Source: Candidatus Woesebacteria bacterium GW2011_GWB1_39_10
GTDB taxonomy: Bacteria; Patescibacteriota; Microgenomatia; UBA8517
DNA length: 64,000 nt
Direction: 5' to 3'
Assembly: GCA_000993205.1 (NCBI GenBank)
Contig: LBVU01000004.1
Location: forward strand, 208,030 to 272,029
Shown: positions 10,560-20,531 of the stretch, piece after piece
Layout: the number at the start of each line of letters is the position of its first letter
Numbering within the stretch: the stretch's first letter is position 1
Notes under the pieces: model-generated
Told to the model about the DNA's origin: nothing
What the model saw: the letters and a program-made list of their open reading frames with translations, nothing else
Databases searched by the model: none
Translations under genes and position numbers: made by a program

Positions 10560-11213
10560 CTATTTTTCTGCTTTAACCAAGTGCAACATTCCCAAAAGGA
10601 ATTTTTTATCCACTTTGATTTTGAAACCGGCCTTTTTAACTATTTTTGGTAAATAATTACCGCTATAAGTTTGAATGTGAGTTTCTTTCCAAATACCGCC
10701 ACGCGGGTAAAAATTCAACCATAAATACCAAACAAATCTGAAAAGAATACTATCGGAGGGAACCAGAAAAATTCCGTATCCGCCTTTTTTAAGAACTCTG
10801 CGGGCTTCCGTTAGCACTTCCAACGGATCAAATACATGCTCTAGCATTTCCAAGGCAAAAACCGCATCAAACGAATTGTTTTCAAAGGGAAGATTGTGGG
10901 CATCCGCAACTTTAAATTCCATCTTTCCATTTGACGTCCAATGTTTATTGGCCCAGTCTACAGTCTTTTTAACAACATCAATCCCAACGAGCCCCGAAGC
11001 TCCTGATGTATTTAATATAACCTTTGAAAAAGTCCCGTCGTTGCAACCTAAATCCAAGATCTTTCCTTCAACTTTTTCTGTAACTGCCGAAACTTCTTCA
11101 AACCGTCTCTTGTGCCAATATCTTTGAAGCAGGTCAACCTTTATTGATTGAAAATACCAATTAGCCGGCACGTTCCTGTGAAGCTCCTCTGCTGAGATTT
11201 TTTGCATTGTCAA
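10560..11213 (-). CDS. Class I SAM-dependent methyltransferase
   Basis: ILDLGCNDG motif I, DAHNLPFENNSFDAV, EMLEHV. Confidence 0.85.
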   Translation of the reverse strand: MTMQKISAEELHRNVPANWYFQSIKVDLLQRYWHKRRFEEVSAVTEKVEGKILDLGCNDGTFSKVILNTSGASGLVGIDVVKKTVDWANKHWTSNGKMEFKVADAHNLPFENNSFDAVFALEMLEHVFDPLEVLTEARRVLKKGGYGIFLVPSDSILFRFVWYLWLNFYPRGGIWKETHIQTYSGNYLPKIVKKAGFKIKVDKKFLLGMLHLVKAEK

Positions 11214-12238
11214 AGTATAGATGAAATTATTTCCTTTTCAAACCGTTCAAACGAAAAAGCACTTGAATCTCTTTTGGCTTTTTTTGAAACGGATGAATAT
11301 ACGCTCCTGTCTTTAAGGATATGATTTGTAATTTTTATAAGTTGGTCAGTTGATTCCCATAAAAATCCATTCACTCCATCTTTAATAATCTCCTTATGTC
11401 CTCCGGCATTAAAAACAACAGGTATTGCACCCGCCGACATTGCCTCAACTACTGTTATTCCAAAATGTTCAACTTTTTCAGGATTTTTTTCATTATCCTC
11501 ACCAAAACCGGATGCAGACCAAAAAATTCTTGCTTTTCCGTATAGGTTTTTTAGTATTGAAAAGTCAGGGCTTCTAATTATTTCAATCAAATATCTTTCC
11601 GACATTTTTTCCAAATTTTTTAAATAATCTGCATCCACTATCTCAGTCCCACCTGCAAGAATCAATTTCCAATCCTTTAAGCCATTGTCTACGAGTTTTT
11701 TGAAAACTTCTATCAAAACATTCTGATTCTTGTTTTGCTTCAACTGAGAAAATCTACCGACAAACAAAATTAAATTTTCTTTTCTCTTGGATATAATGCG
11801 ATCGACGTCAACCGGAGGATAGACAACCACACTTTCGGTTCCGTATTCTTTATCTATAATTTTCTTTGTAAACTTGGAGTTACAAATAATTTTTTCGATA
11901 CGAAATAATTTCATTTTATTAAGAAGATTGTTTCCCCCAATATTATGAAATGGCACTTGAAAATGGAGAAGGTTTTTTCTGGATCTTAACGTAGGAATAC
12001 TGCCATCGGACACCCAAAAACACAAATCGTATCCGTCTCCCTTTTTTATATCTTTTACCACTTCCAATCCTTTAAGGTTTATTCCAAACCTGTCTTGCAT
12101 TGAAGTTATTATTGAAGGATGGTTCCACTCAATATCCACCTTCCAACCGGAGTTCAAAAGAACTTTTGCAAAAGAAACTGTGTATCTTTCACCACCACCT
12201 AAAGTGTCGAGATATGGATTATATATTGCTGCTCGCAT
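11210..12238 (-). CDS. GT4 glycosyltransferase (likely start MRAAIYNP at 12238)
   Basis: GGGERY, FVGRF and EHFGITVVEAMSAG (EX7E) motifs. Confidence 0.88.
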   Translation of the reverse strand: MRAAIYNPYLDTLGGGERYTVSFAKVLLNSGWKVDIEWNHPSIITSMQDRFGINLKGLEVVKDIKKGDGYDLCFWVSDGSIPTLRSRKNLLHFQVPFHNIGGNNLLNKMKLFRIEKIICNSKFTKKIIDKEYGTESVVVYPPVDVDRIISKRKENLILFVGRFSQLKQNKNQNVLIEVFKKLVDNGLKDWKLILAGGTEIVDADYLKNLEKMSERYLIEIIRSPDFSILKNLYGKARIFWSASGFGEDNEKNPEKVEHFGITVVEAMSAGAIPVVFNAGGHKEIIKDGVNGFLWESTDQLIKITNHILKDRSVYSSVSKKAKRDSSAFSFERFEKEIISSIL

Positions 12239-12240
12239 AT

Positions 12241-12948
12241 TTAGTTTTTTCTTAATTGCATCTCCCAAAGTTTTGAGTATGAAATTAGCCTACTAAACAC
12301 CTGATACAATCCATAAATTACGCCCTCGGTTCCATCCAAAAAAGCGGCCTGAACAATCATTCTTAGCCAAAACTCCCTAAATCCCGCGCTAAAAAAACGC
12401 AACGCGTTCATTTTCGGATGACGAGCCTCAAACAGCAACTCCGCCTCGATTTCCGACCATTCATTAGTCTTATCTACCATTTCACCCAAACTTTTGTGTT
12501 TTACGTGAATTAAAGGTTCTTTTAGATGACATATTGTTCCAAGAACTTTTGGTTGTTCGTGCAATTTTCCAAACCACCCCTTAAGTTTATCCTTCCTTAT
12601 GAGACGCAAGACAAAATCAGGCCAAAGTCCGCAATGTTTCATTTCTTTTCCAAAAATAAAGTTACGTCTCGGAATCGCATATGCAGAAAATTCACTGGAG
12701 CCGACAACTTGTTGAATTATTTTTGCAAGACTTGGTGTAACCTGCTCATCCATGTCCACGTATATTAGCCAATCACTTTTTGCTTTTTTGGCTCCATAAT
12801 TCCTCCAATCAGAGAAACTGCCTTTTATTTTACTTGTGTCTACAATCACTTTTTCATCTGCAAATGAAATAGAATTTAAACATTTTTTATAAAGCGCTTC
12901 GTTTATTTTTCCACCTTTCAAAATTATCGCCGAAATTGAAGTTTTCAT
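12241..12948 (-). CDS. GT2 glycosyltransferase (beta-1,4-glucosyltransferase-like)
   Basis: RNYG...DWLIYVDMDE, IPRRN, LHE motifs. Confidence 0.8.
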   Translation of the reverse strand: MKTSISAIILKGGKINEALYKKCLNSISFADEKVIVDTSKIKGSFSDWRNYGAKKAKSDWLIYVDMDEQVTPSLAKIIQQVVGSSEFSAYAIPRRNFIFGKEMKHCGLWPDFVLRLIRKDKLKGWFGKLHEQPKVLGTICHLKEPLIHVKHKSLGEMVDKTNEWSEIEAELLFEARHPKMNALRFFSAGFREFWLRMIVQAAFLDGTEGVIYGLYQVFSRLISYSKLWEMQLRKN

Positions 12949-13886
12949 TTTTTACGTTTTAACCATCTTCCCGATTTCCATCTGCCCAAATAGAAATCAA
13001 TAACACCTTTTTTTTGCCATTCTCTCCCCGTAAAGAGTAAACGAACACTATCCCTAAACAGCGCAAATTTTGTCCTGAGACCCGAATATCTTAAACCAAA
13101 AATTAACCGATTTCGGATAATGAAATAGTCGTTTGACGGACTCCCGCTTTTACCTGTACTAACCGACACCATATGCCAAAGATGAGTTTCCGGGGTGTAC
13201 ATCACTCTAAACCCTGCCCGCCTGGCTTTCTCAGAATAGTCGGCGTCTTCCCAATACAAGAAAAACGTTTCGTCAATCAATCCGATTTTTTTAATTAAGT
13301 CCCTGGTAATCAAAAAGCACGCCCCGTTTACATAATCTGTATCATAAATTTCATCATATTGACCATTATCGACTTCATCTACTCCACGATGTTCGGAATA
13401 AACGTTATTCCTATCAATGACCCCTCCTGCATACCAAATTACCTTACCCAATTCCGACTCCTTATACCTGTCCTTATGAAATTCAAAACCCTTAGCAAAA
13501 TACATTTTAGGGGCAACAAGACCTATTTTATTATCTGATTCTGCAAGTTTTACTAGCTTGATCAAAATGTCTTTGGCAAGAATCAGGTCATTATTCATTG
13601 AAATTACGTAGTCCGCACCACGCTCAATCGCGTCTTTTATTCCGATATTGTTTCCGCCGGCAAAACCCAGGTTTGAACCGGTCTCGATAAATTTATATTG
13701 CATATTTGGAAGTTCAAATTTGGAAAGCTCATCTATTGTTGCGTCTGTTGAACCGTTGTCCACAACAATCATTTCCACATTAAGACCTGTTACATCAAGT
13801 TTGGCGACCCCTGCGAGTTGATTTTTAGTCATCTTACATTGGTTCCAAGTCAGGATTACTATCGAAACTTTGAGTTTAGTTGCCAT
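12945..13886 (-). CDS. GT2 glycosyltransferase
   Basis: VDNGSTD, NLGFAGGNN, MNND, YWEDADYS. Confidence 0.85.
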   Translation of the reverse strand: MATKLKVSIVILTWNQCKMTKNQLAGVAKLDVTGLNVEMIVVDNGSTDATIDELSKFELPNMQYKFIETGSNLGFAGGNNIGIKDAIERGADYVISMNNDLILAKDILIKLVKLAESDNKIGLVAPKMYFAKGFEFHKDRYKESELGKVIWYAGGVIDRNNVYSEHRGVDEVDNGQYDEIYDTDYVNGACFLITRDLIKKIGLIDETFFLYWEDADYSEKARRAGFRVMYTPETHLWHMVSVSTGKSGSPSNDYFIIRNRLIFGLRYSGLRTKFALFRDSVRLLFTGREWQKKGVIDFYLGRWKSGRWLKRKK

Positions 13887-13887
13887 T

Positions 13888-14787
13888 TTAAATCTTAAAT
13901 TTTCTTCGAATACGATCGGCCAACTTTCCTGATTCTTTAAATTGAGAGTCCCCTTGCCAATAATGAAGTTCCTTTTCTTCGTCGCGCATTAACAAGTTAA
14001 CCTCACTAATAGTCAAATCTTTTTCCGCGAATTTTTCCTTTTGCCAAATTTTAAGGTACATCACCAATTCGGAGAAAGCTTGAAGAAAAGAAAGTGCCAA
14101 TCCATGCAATCCATCCTTATACCCCTCTCCGAAAAAATATCTGCTGAAAAACTCGTTTGAGGGTTTTGTAATTACATCTTTCCAGGAGAACTCATAACCC
14201 TCATTTATTCTAAGGAGTGCATGTTGAGAAGTGTACCTATTCATCCTCTCAATATATTGTTCAACCGTATCGTAATTGTGGTGGACTATTGCAAGTTCTT
14301 CCTCAGATTCGAGTTCTGCACCAATTCCTTGTGTCATAGGGACAGCGTGAATGACTTCGTTCCAGGAAACAGACCCTTTTTTGAAAAGTCGGATGTTATA
14401 GTCCGGCCACCACCTTGAATGTTTCAGCCATTTGCCGAAAATAATATTTTTACGTGGAATTCTGTAATAATCAGCCTTTGGATTTTTTAATATTTTTTGA
14501 ATCTGCAAGGACAGTCCTTGAGTAACTTCCTCATCTGCATCTAAAACTAAAATCCATGGATTTGATGCTTTTGAAATGGCGAAGTTCCTGCCAGGCTCAA
14601 CATAGCCCATTTTTTTATGAAAAAATACTTTTGCACCCAATTTTTTTGATACTTCGACAGTTTTGTCCGTGGACTCCATATCAACAACTACAATTTCATC
14701 CGCAAACCCATTGATTGAAGCGATTGCACGAGGGAGATTTTCCTCCTCGTTTAGTGTATTAATTACTACCGAAATCTTGGAAGCCAT
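13888..14787 (-). CDS. GT2 glycosyltransferase (beta-1,4-glucosyltransferase-like)
   Basis: NTLNEEENL, VDMESTD, LDADE, WWPDY. Confidence 0.85.
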   Translation of the reverse strand: MASKISVVINTLNEEENLPRAIASINGFADEIVVVDMESTDKTVEVSKKLGAKVFFHKKMGYVEPGRNFAISKASNPWILVLDADEEVTQGLSLQIQKILKNPKADYYRIPRKNIIFGKWLKHSRWWPDYNIRLFKKGSVSWNEVIHAVPMTQGIGAELESEEELAIVHHNYDTVEQYIERMNRYTSQHALLRINEGYEFSWKDVITKPSNEFFSRYFFGEGYKDGLHGLALSFLQAFSELVMYLKIWQKEKFAEKDLTISEVNLLMRDEEKELHYWQGDSQFKESGKLADRIRRKFKI

Positions 14788-14795
14788 GGCTAAAT

Positions 14796-14862
14796 TTTAC
14801 CCCCACACCACACACAACTCAAGCATTGCTTTATTTTTGACAGAAATTGGTGTAGGGGTGAA
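14796..14862. repeat. Intergenic REP-like inverted repeat (CCCACACCA...TGGTGTAGGG)
   Basis: Arms tttacccccacacca (14796-14810) and tggtgtaggggtgaa (14848-14862) pair with 2 mismatches. Confidence 0.7.
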
Positions 14863-14867
14863 CCACT

Positions 14868-16349
14868 TTATCTGTTAAAAATCGTCTTAAAGCTCTTTTT
14901 GGCATCTTCAATAAGAGATAGCCCCATCATTGAAATCATGGAGGTTGCATAGATCGCCATTCCCGTAACTATCAAAATTTCCATGGAAACCAGACTCGTT
15001 GGTAAAAATCCTCGCAACATCAATAGGACAGCTCCCATAACAACTGCTCCTACTGCGGGCTTAATCATTGAGTCTGTTATTGAAAAATTAATGTATTTCT
15101 TAGTGATAAAAATTGCGACGACGGAGGATGCCCCTACCAATGAATAACCGATAGCAGCCCCGACAACATCAAATTTTATCGCAAGAACGGGTACAAGGGC
15201 CCAGGTAAGGGCTGTCCACATAACCATTAAATAGAATGTAATCTTGATTTTACCAATGGCATTTAACAAATTTGTAAGCTGCGTTGTCGCTGCTGCAAAT
15301 ACAAAATTAATCGATATAAAAATAATGGGAACAAGCGCCGGAATCCATTGACTATATCTGGGGATCACACGAACCAATATTGGCGCCAGAATTGAAATTC
15401 CGACAAGGCTAGGAAACACTAAGAAACAAATAAAAAAAACGGACCGCGTAACACTTCGTTCAAGATCAGCCTTTGCATCCTGCATACGCGAAAATGCGGG
15501 AAAGGTGACCCTGGTTACCGTATCCATAAAAAATGTCAGGGGAAGCCGGGAAATTTTTTGAGCAAAAGACAGAATTCCTACACCTGCCGGTCCAAGTATT
15601 CCACCCAGAACCAATGTCATTCCGTCATCCTTAAAGGTGGCCAGAAAAGTGTTGATTTGATAAGGAATTCCAAATTTAAAAAGCCCACTTAATGTCTTCC
15701 TTGAAAAAGCTACGCCCGGAATCCATGGCTGAAGTGTATAAATTGCAATAACACCGATAACTCCGCGTAAAAGTATCGCATATGTAAAACTCATGAGTCC
15801 AAACCCTTTCATTGCCAATAAAACCAATACAACGTTATAAACAACTTGTTCCAAAATTTGGGGAAATACAAGTTTTACAAATTCAAGTTTCCGTTCCAAA
15901 AGTACCGACGGAATGCTTTTCAGAGACGAAAAAAGAAGAGATACGCTTAATGCATACAAAAGGATTCGTCCATCCCAGTTAAGCGAATATTTCTGAACAA
16001 AAAAAGGTGCTAACAAAAAGACGGCTATAATAATCGAAAGTACAAGCAATTGTTGAACAAAAAATGTTGTCTTTAAATCAGAATCTGTGGGTTTGTCCTT
16101 TTTTTGAATAAGGGCTGCAGCCAAACCAATATCTGAAAAATAGACAAGAAAATTTATTATTGCGCTGACTATTGCGAAAACTCCAAATTCGTATTTACCT
16201 AAATACGCAAACAGAAACAATTGGGCAACAAGCCCTATTATCTGAAGCAGGAATGTTCTCCCGGTCAAAACAACAATACCCCGTACGGAACGCTCTTTGA
16301 CGGTTTCCAAAGAGATTTCAGTAGTTGGATCTAAATGTTCACCTTCCAT
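14868..16349 (-). CDS. wzx: Wzx/MOP-family polysaccharide flippase
   Basis: EFGVFAI, FSDIGLAAALIQK, VTFPAFSRMQ; about 12-14 TM segments. Confidence 0.85.
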   Translation of the reverse strand: MEGEHLDPTTEISLETVKERSVRGIVVLTGRTFLLQIIGLVAQLFLFAYLGKYEFGVFAIVSAIINFLVYFSDIGLAAALIQKKDKPTDSDLKTTFFVQQLLVLSIIIAVFLLAPFFVQKYSLNWDGRILLYALSVSLLFSSLKSIPSVLLERKLEFVKLVFPQILEQVVYNVVLVLLAMKGFGLMSFTYAILLRGVIGVIAIYTLQPWIPGVAFSRKTLSGLFKFGIPYQINTFLATFKDDGMTLVLGGILGPAGVGILSFAQKISRLPLTFFMDTVTRVTFPAFSRMQDAKADLERSVTRSVFFICFLVFPSLVGISILAPILVRVIPRYSQWIPALVPIIFISINFVFAAATTQLTNLLNAIGKIKITFYLMVMWTALTWALVPVLAIKFDVVGAAIGYSLVGASSVVAIFITKKYINFSITDSMIKPAVGAVVMGAVLLMLRGFLPTSLVSMEILIVTGMAIYATSMISMMGLSLIEDAKKSFKTIFNR

Positions 16350-17887
16350 TATTTCAGTTCAAATAAATAAAGCGCGTCTTGCGGTCCATTATGTAAAAAT
16401 TCAGTTGTACCAGGAACACGCGGCTCTTTGGGAAACTCCTGAATGAGTTTGATGTTCAACTTTGAAGGATCGACAATGAGTCTTGATTTATTAACTATTA
16501 AATACGTCGGGTTCCCGGCTTTTTTGGCCTCAACTAGGGGTTGCGGAATTTTATTTATCGCGAGCCCTGTTCCTACAACTATGACATTCGACAAATCTTG
16601 AACATACATGGTAAAACCGTCGGGAAGTGTACCAAAATATCCTTCGGTACCTACTACAATTTGTTTATCCGGATTTAGACTGTGTATATTTCTTACATAG
16701 TCTGCCGATTCTTTTATTCCGATTCCCGATGTCCACTCCTGAAAATACCCGGACCTATCGCGCGCCGGGAAATTGGCTTTCTGAGGACTGACTACAAGAA
16801 AATAATCAAAAATACCGGCCTGGATTAGGAAAATAGCAAAAAAAATTGCTGTTAAATACCTCCACTTGTTATTTAATTTACTAAACGCCGAGGCGGCAAA
16901 TACATAAAGCGGTGGAATTAAAAAAAGAATATATCTTAAAGTAAAACTTTTTGAAAACTCTGCTTCGTAAATGAGAGGCGTTATAAACCAAACGCCCAAT
17001 ATTAAAATATATTTTGTTTGTTTTTTGAAATTAGTTGCGATACCAACAAAAGCCAATAAAAGAAGGCCAACCGGCCCCATCGCAATTAGCCAACTAAGAG
17101 TCGTTGGTAAATTATATCGAATGGGGTCTGTCGGATACACAAATATTCTTGATAACGGAAAAATATAATCCGAAGTGCGCGAGGAAAGCATGCCAAAATT
17201 TGGTCCCAGTCGCTGAATATTATACATTCCTAAAGCGATAACATAGGCAACACCCAAAAGACCTGCGTATTTAAAAATATCCTTCGGTTTTTTGAGAAGA
17301 ATTACACATACAGGAATGAGTGCGGCAAAAAATAAGGCAGGAGATTTTGTAAGTCCCGCAAAACCCAAGACAAATCCTAAAATCATCGCCATATCAAGCC
17401 TCAAAGTGTCTGCAACAACCAAGCTTAGATAAAGCGTCCATATCCCAAAACATGTTAGCATTGCATCAACCAGGGCCATTCTGTCAAAAAAAAGAGATAC
17501 CGGAGAAACCGCCCAGAGAATCGAAGCGAAAAGCGCAGCCTTCTTTGACTTAAAAATATAATAAGTCAGTAAAAAAAGGCCAATCATGCTTCCAACTCCC
17601 GAGACGGCTGAAAGCAGTCTCCCGGCAAAAAGAGGGTCCGTCATTTTCTTGACGAAGAACATCAAAATCCACATAAAAAGAGGTTGCTTGCCGTCTGAGA
17701 GGGGCAAAAACCTCAAAGTCGGCTCAGAGGCCATAATTTGACTCCAGCGGATATAAATGGCCTCATCCGCAAAAACGGGGATAATTGTCAGGTGGAAAAT
17801 ACGAAGCACAAAACCAAAACCCAGAATGATAATACCAGCCACAATAACCCATTTCCAATCTTTCAGAAACTTTTTCATTCCCTTCAA
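16349..17887 (-). CDS. GT-C (ArnT/PMT-like) membrane glycosyltransferase (start probably 17878)
   Basis: LR...PVFADEAIY acidic loop, KQPLF, DRMALVD, LTKSP. Confidence 0.8.
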   Translation of the reverse strand: MKGMKKFLKDWKWVIVAGIIILGFGFVLRIFHLTIIPVFADEAIYIRWSQIMASEPTLRFLPLSDGKQPLFMWILMFFVKKMTDPLFAGRLLSAVSGVGSMIGLFLLTYYIFKSKKAALFASILWAVSPVSLFFDRMALVDAMLTCFGIWTLYLSLVVADTLRLDMAMILGFVLGFAGLTKSPALFFAALIPVCVILLKKPKDIFKYAGLLGVAYVIALGMYNIQRLGPNFGMLSSRTSDYIFPLSRIFVYPTDPIRYNLPTTLSWLIAMGPVGLLLLAFVGIATNFKKQTKYILILGVWFITPLIYEAEFSKSFTLRYILFLIPPLYVFAASAFSKLNNKWRYLTAIFFAIFLIQAGIFDYFLVVSPQKANFPARDRSGYFQEWTSGIGIKESADYVRNIHSLNPDKQIVVGTEGYFGTLPDGFTMYVQDLSNVIVVGTGLAINKIPQPLVEAKKAGNPTYLIVNKSRLIVDPSKLNIKLIQEFPKEPRVPGTTEFLHNGPQDALYLFELK

Positions 17888-17925
17888 TTCTAATTCAGTA
17901 TCACAACAGAAGCAATTATACCTTC

Positions 17926-17964
17926 CATCATTGTTCTAATGTTCTAGAACAATAGAACATGATG
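17926..17964. repeat. Intergenic palindrome built from 8-mers
   Basis: catcattgttctaatgttctagaacaatagaacatgatg is nearly self-complementary. Confidence 0.75.
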
Positions 17965-17995
17965 AAAAGAGAAAAAATTAAATTAGTTGGCCACT

Positions 17996-18460
17996 TTAAC
18001 GAACCAACTCAAAACGACCCGTGCTTCCGTAATACGGAGTGGTTATCTCGCGGAGGTCCCGATAACCACTTGAACCAACATCGTTAAAATTTTTCCAAAT
18101 TCCACCGCCTACGTCAAAAATATAAACACTTGCCCTTAAACAAATCCTTTTGTCTCTAGTCGGAATAGTTAGATATCCGGTCTCACCGGCATCATCCGCC
18201 CTTCCCATCTTATAAAATATAACTTCAGGCTTTATTTTATCGATAATTTGTTTAACTAAATCAGTGTCCCCCAGACCTTTCGGTGATATATCAACAACCA
18301 GTCTGGGAAAACCCTTCTTTTCATCGATCTCTACCCATTTGTTATCCGACTGTTCAATCCCGTATTCAGTTAAAATTTCTCGAAGATTTGTTTCGAACCC
18401 AGGAGAACTTATTTCTTTTTCAAATCTAACAATTATTCCTCTGTCTTTATTTTCGGTCAT
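17996..18460 (-). CDS. Hypothetical protein (likely start MTENKDRG at 18460)
   Basis: Open frame with globular composition; the upstream extension overlaps the divergent MFS promoter and start. Confidence 0.55.
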   Translation of the reverse strand: MTENKDRGIIVRFEKEISSPGFETNLREILTEYGIEQSDNKWVEIDEKKGFPRLVVDISPKGLGDTDLVKQIIDKIKPEVIFYKMGRADDAGETGYLTIPTRDKRICLRASVYIFDVGGGIWKNFNDVGSSGYRDLREITTPYYGSTGRFELVR

Positions 18461-18549
18461 TGATCTGACTATAACACAGACGATACTTCTGCATTTCATA
18501 AAAGTTATATATAGAAGAATTTGTCCGTCACACGATATACAATAATATT

Positions 18550-19746
18550 GTGCTAAAGAGAAATATAACAATCGCCTATATTTTGGCTTTTTCTAAAAAT
18601 ACTTGGTTTTGGTTGGGAATCTGGATTTTTTACTATCTTCGTTTTACAGATTATGCGGGGATTGGAATAATAGAAACTATTCTTATTCTTACAATGACAC
18701 TGGCGGAAATTCCGACCGGCGCGGTTGCCGATTTGTTTGGCAAAAAGAAGACATTAATTCTTGCCTTCACGTTGGAAACTATTGGCGCCTTCATGATGGC
18801 TACCGCCCCAAACTTTCAAATGTTGGCCTTGTCTGTCTTTGTTATGTGTGTTGGGGGGACATTTTATTCTGGTACAATTGATGCCTTGATATTTGACACT
18901 CTAAAGGAAAGTGGTGAGGAAAGATCCTATGATACAAAAATCTCGAACACAAACACTCTTTCACTTATTGCTCCGGCAATTTGCAGTATTCTTGGAGGAT
19001 TCATGTACAAGGTCAACCCTACCTTTCCATTTTACGGTAATGCATTTGGATATATGGTAGGGCTTATTGCTTCGTTTTTCCTAATTGAACCGCACATCGA
19101 TACCACCAAGTTCTCCTTTAGAAATTTTGTTAATCAAACGGGGCAAGGATTAAAGGAACTTTTTAAAAATCTTGATATCAAAAAACAGACGATACTTCTT
19201 CTATCGATAGGTTTTATTGTAGTAATAGCCTCCGAAATGTTGGATAGCTTTTTAGGATTTGAGTTTGGTTTTAGCGCGGAACAGTTGGGGATTTTATGGT
19301 CCGTCATATTTATTATTTCCGCCTTGGCTTCACAGTTGACGCCGTTTATAAATAGATTGTTTAAGGGAAACCTGTCAATTTTATTTGTCGGAGTATTAAT
19401 GGTCGTAACATTTTTCTTTTCACCCTGGATAGGACTTGTCTTTGGAGGATTATCCTTAGTGTTCCGTTCTTCACTCGAAGCAATATTCGACAACCTTGCG
19501 TCGATTACTGTAAATCAAAACACAGAATCTAAATACCGCGCCACAACTATTTCCACCTTTAACATGATTAAAAACATCCCCTACGTTCTGAGTGCTTATT
19601 TTATAGGTTCACTTTCAGATAAAATTTCTGCCAAGACAACCGCAATGTATTTGGGGATTCTTCTGCTTGGGTTCATTCTTGCACAATCAATATTCTCCCG
19701 AAAAACTTTAAAAGACAACCAGACCACAAATAAGTACGGATGTTGA
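18550..19746 (+). CDS. MFS transporter
   Basis: EIPTGAVADLFGKKKTL (motif A), SGT.DAL..D, RATTIS; about 12 TM; TACAAT 6 nt before the GTG. Confidence 0.88.
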   Translation: MLKRNITIAYILAFSKNTWFWLGIWIFYYLRFTDYAGIGIIETILILTMTLAEIPTGAVADLFGKKKTLILAFTLETIGAFMMATAPNFQMLALSVFVMCVGGTFYSGTIDALIFDTLKESGEERSYDTKISNTNTLSLIAPAICSILGGFMYKVNPTFPFYGNAFGYMVGLIASFFLIEPHIDTTKFSFRNFVNQTGQGLKELFKNLDIKKQTILLLSIGFIVVIASEMLDSFLGFEFGFSAEQLGILWSVIFIISALASQLTPFINRLFKGNLSILFVGVLMVVTFFFSPWIGLVFGGLSLVFRSSLEAIFDNLASITVNQNTESKYRATTISTFNMIKNIPYVLSAYFIGSLSDKISAKTTAMYLGILLLGFILAQSIFSRKTLKDNQTTNKYGC

Positions 19747-19766
19747 AAGCAAAAGGAGCATTATTA

Positions 19767-20516
19767 TCAGACTCCATATTTCCCCTGAAGTGCATTTAGA
19801 CGGACCATGAGAAGACCCCTGAAACCCTCGATGGAATCTTTAATAGGATCTACCTTTGTTCCTTCTTTGTGATGCCAATCAACGGGGACTTCCGCAATTT
19901 TATAACCAAGCTTGCGAGCAACATATAAAATTTCCAAATCAAAACCCGCTGTAACGGAGGCACCAACACTTTTGTTCTTCGAATCAAAAATTTTGAGACG
20001 ACTAAAAATCTCTTTTGCGGCATCTTTCGAAAAAGCCTTGAATCCGCATTGCGTATCTTTAAACGGAAGTCTCAAAATCATCAATATTAGGAACGAAAAA
20101 CCCCAAGCCATAACTTTTCGAATTAACGGGGCTCCTTCACGCCCTCTGCGGGAACCAATAACGACATTGTAGTCATTTTCAAACTTTGGCAAGACCTTGG
20201 TAATTTGATCTATAGGTGTAGCTTGGTCTGTATCTGTAAAAAGAATTATTTCTCCCTTAGATTTCAAAACTCCCGCTATAACCGTCCCGGCCTTGCCCCT
20301 ATGGGGTTCCTTAAGAACAAAAAAATTTTTACGCAACTGAGCAAACTCTTCCGCAATTTTTGCCGTATTGTCAGTCGAGCCATCATCAACGAATATAATC
20401 TCCCATGAATATTTTTGTCTAGTCAAATAATCGTAAACTGAATCGAGGACTCCAGTACGCAAATTGTATGCTTCATTAAAAGCAGGGATAACTACCGAGA
20501 GAAAAATTTTGTTCAT
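19767..20516 (-). CDS. GT2, dolichyl/polyprenyl-phosphate glucose synthase-like
   Basis: VIPAFNE, VDDGSTD, FTDTD, DTQCGFK, FDLEIL; TACAAT 7 nt upstream of ATG 20516. Confidence 0.85.
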   Translation of the reverse strand: MNKIFLSVVIPAFNEAYNLRTGVLDSVYDYLTRQKYSWEIIFVDDGSTDNTAKIAEEFAQLRKNFFVLKEPHRGKAGTVIAGVLKSKGEIILFTDTDQATPIDQITKVLPKFENDYNVVIGSRRGREGAPLIRKVMAWGFSFLILMILRLPFKDTQCGFKAFSKDAAKEIFSRLKIFDSKNKSVGASVTAGFDLEILYVARKLGYKIAEVPVDWHHKEGTKVDPIKDSIEGFRGLLMVRLNALQGKYGV

Positions 20517-20531
20517 ATGAATCATTGTATC

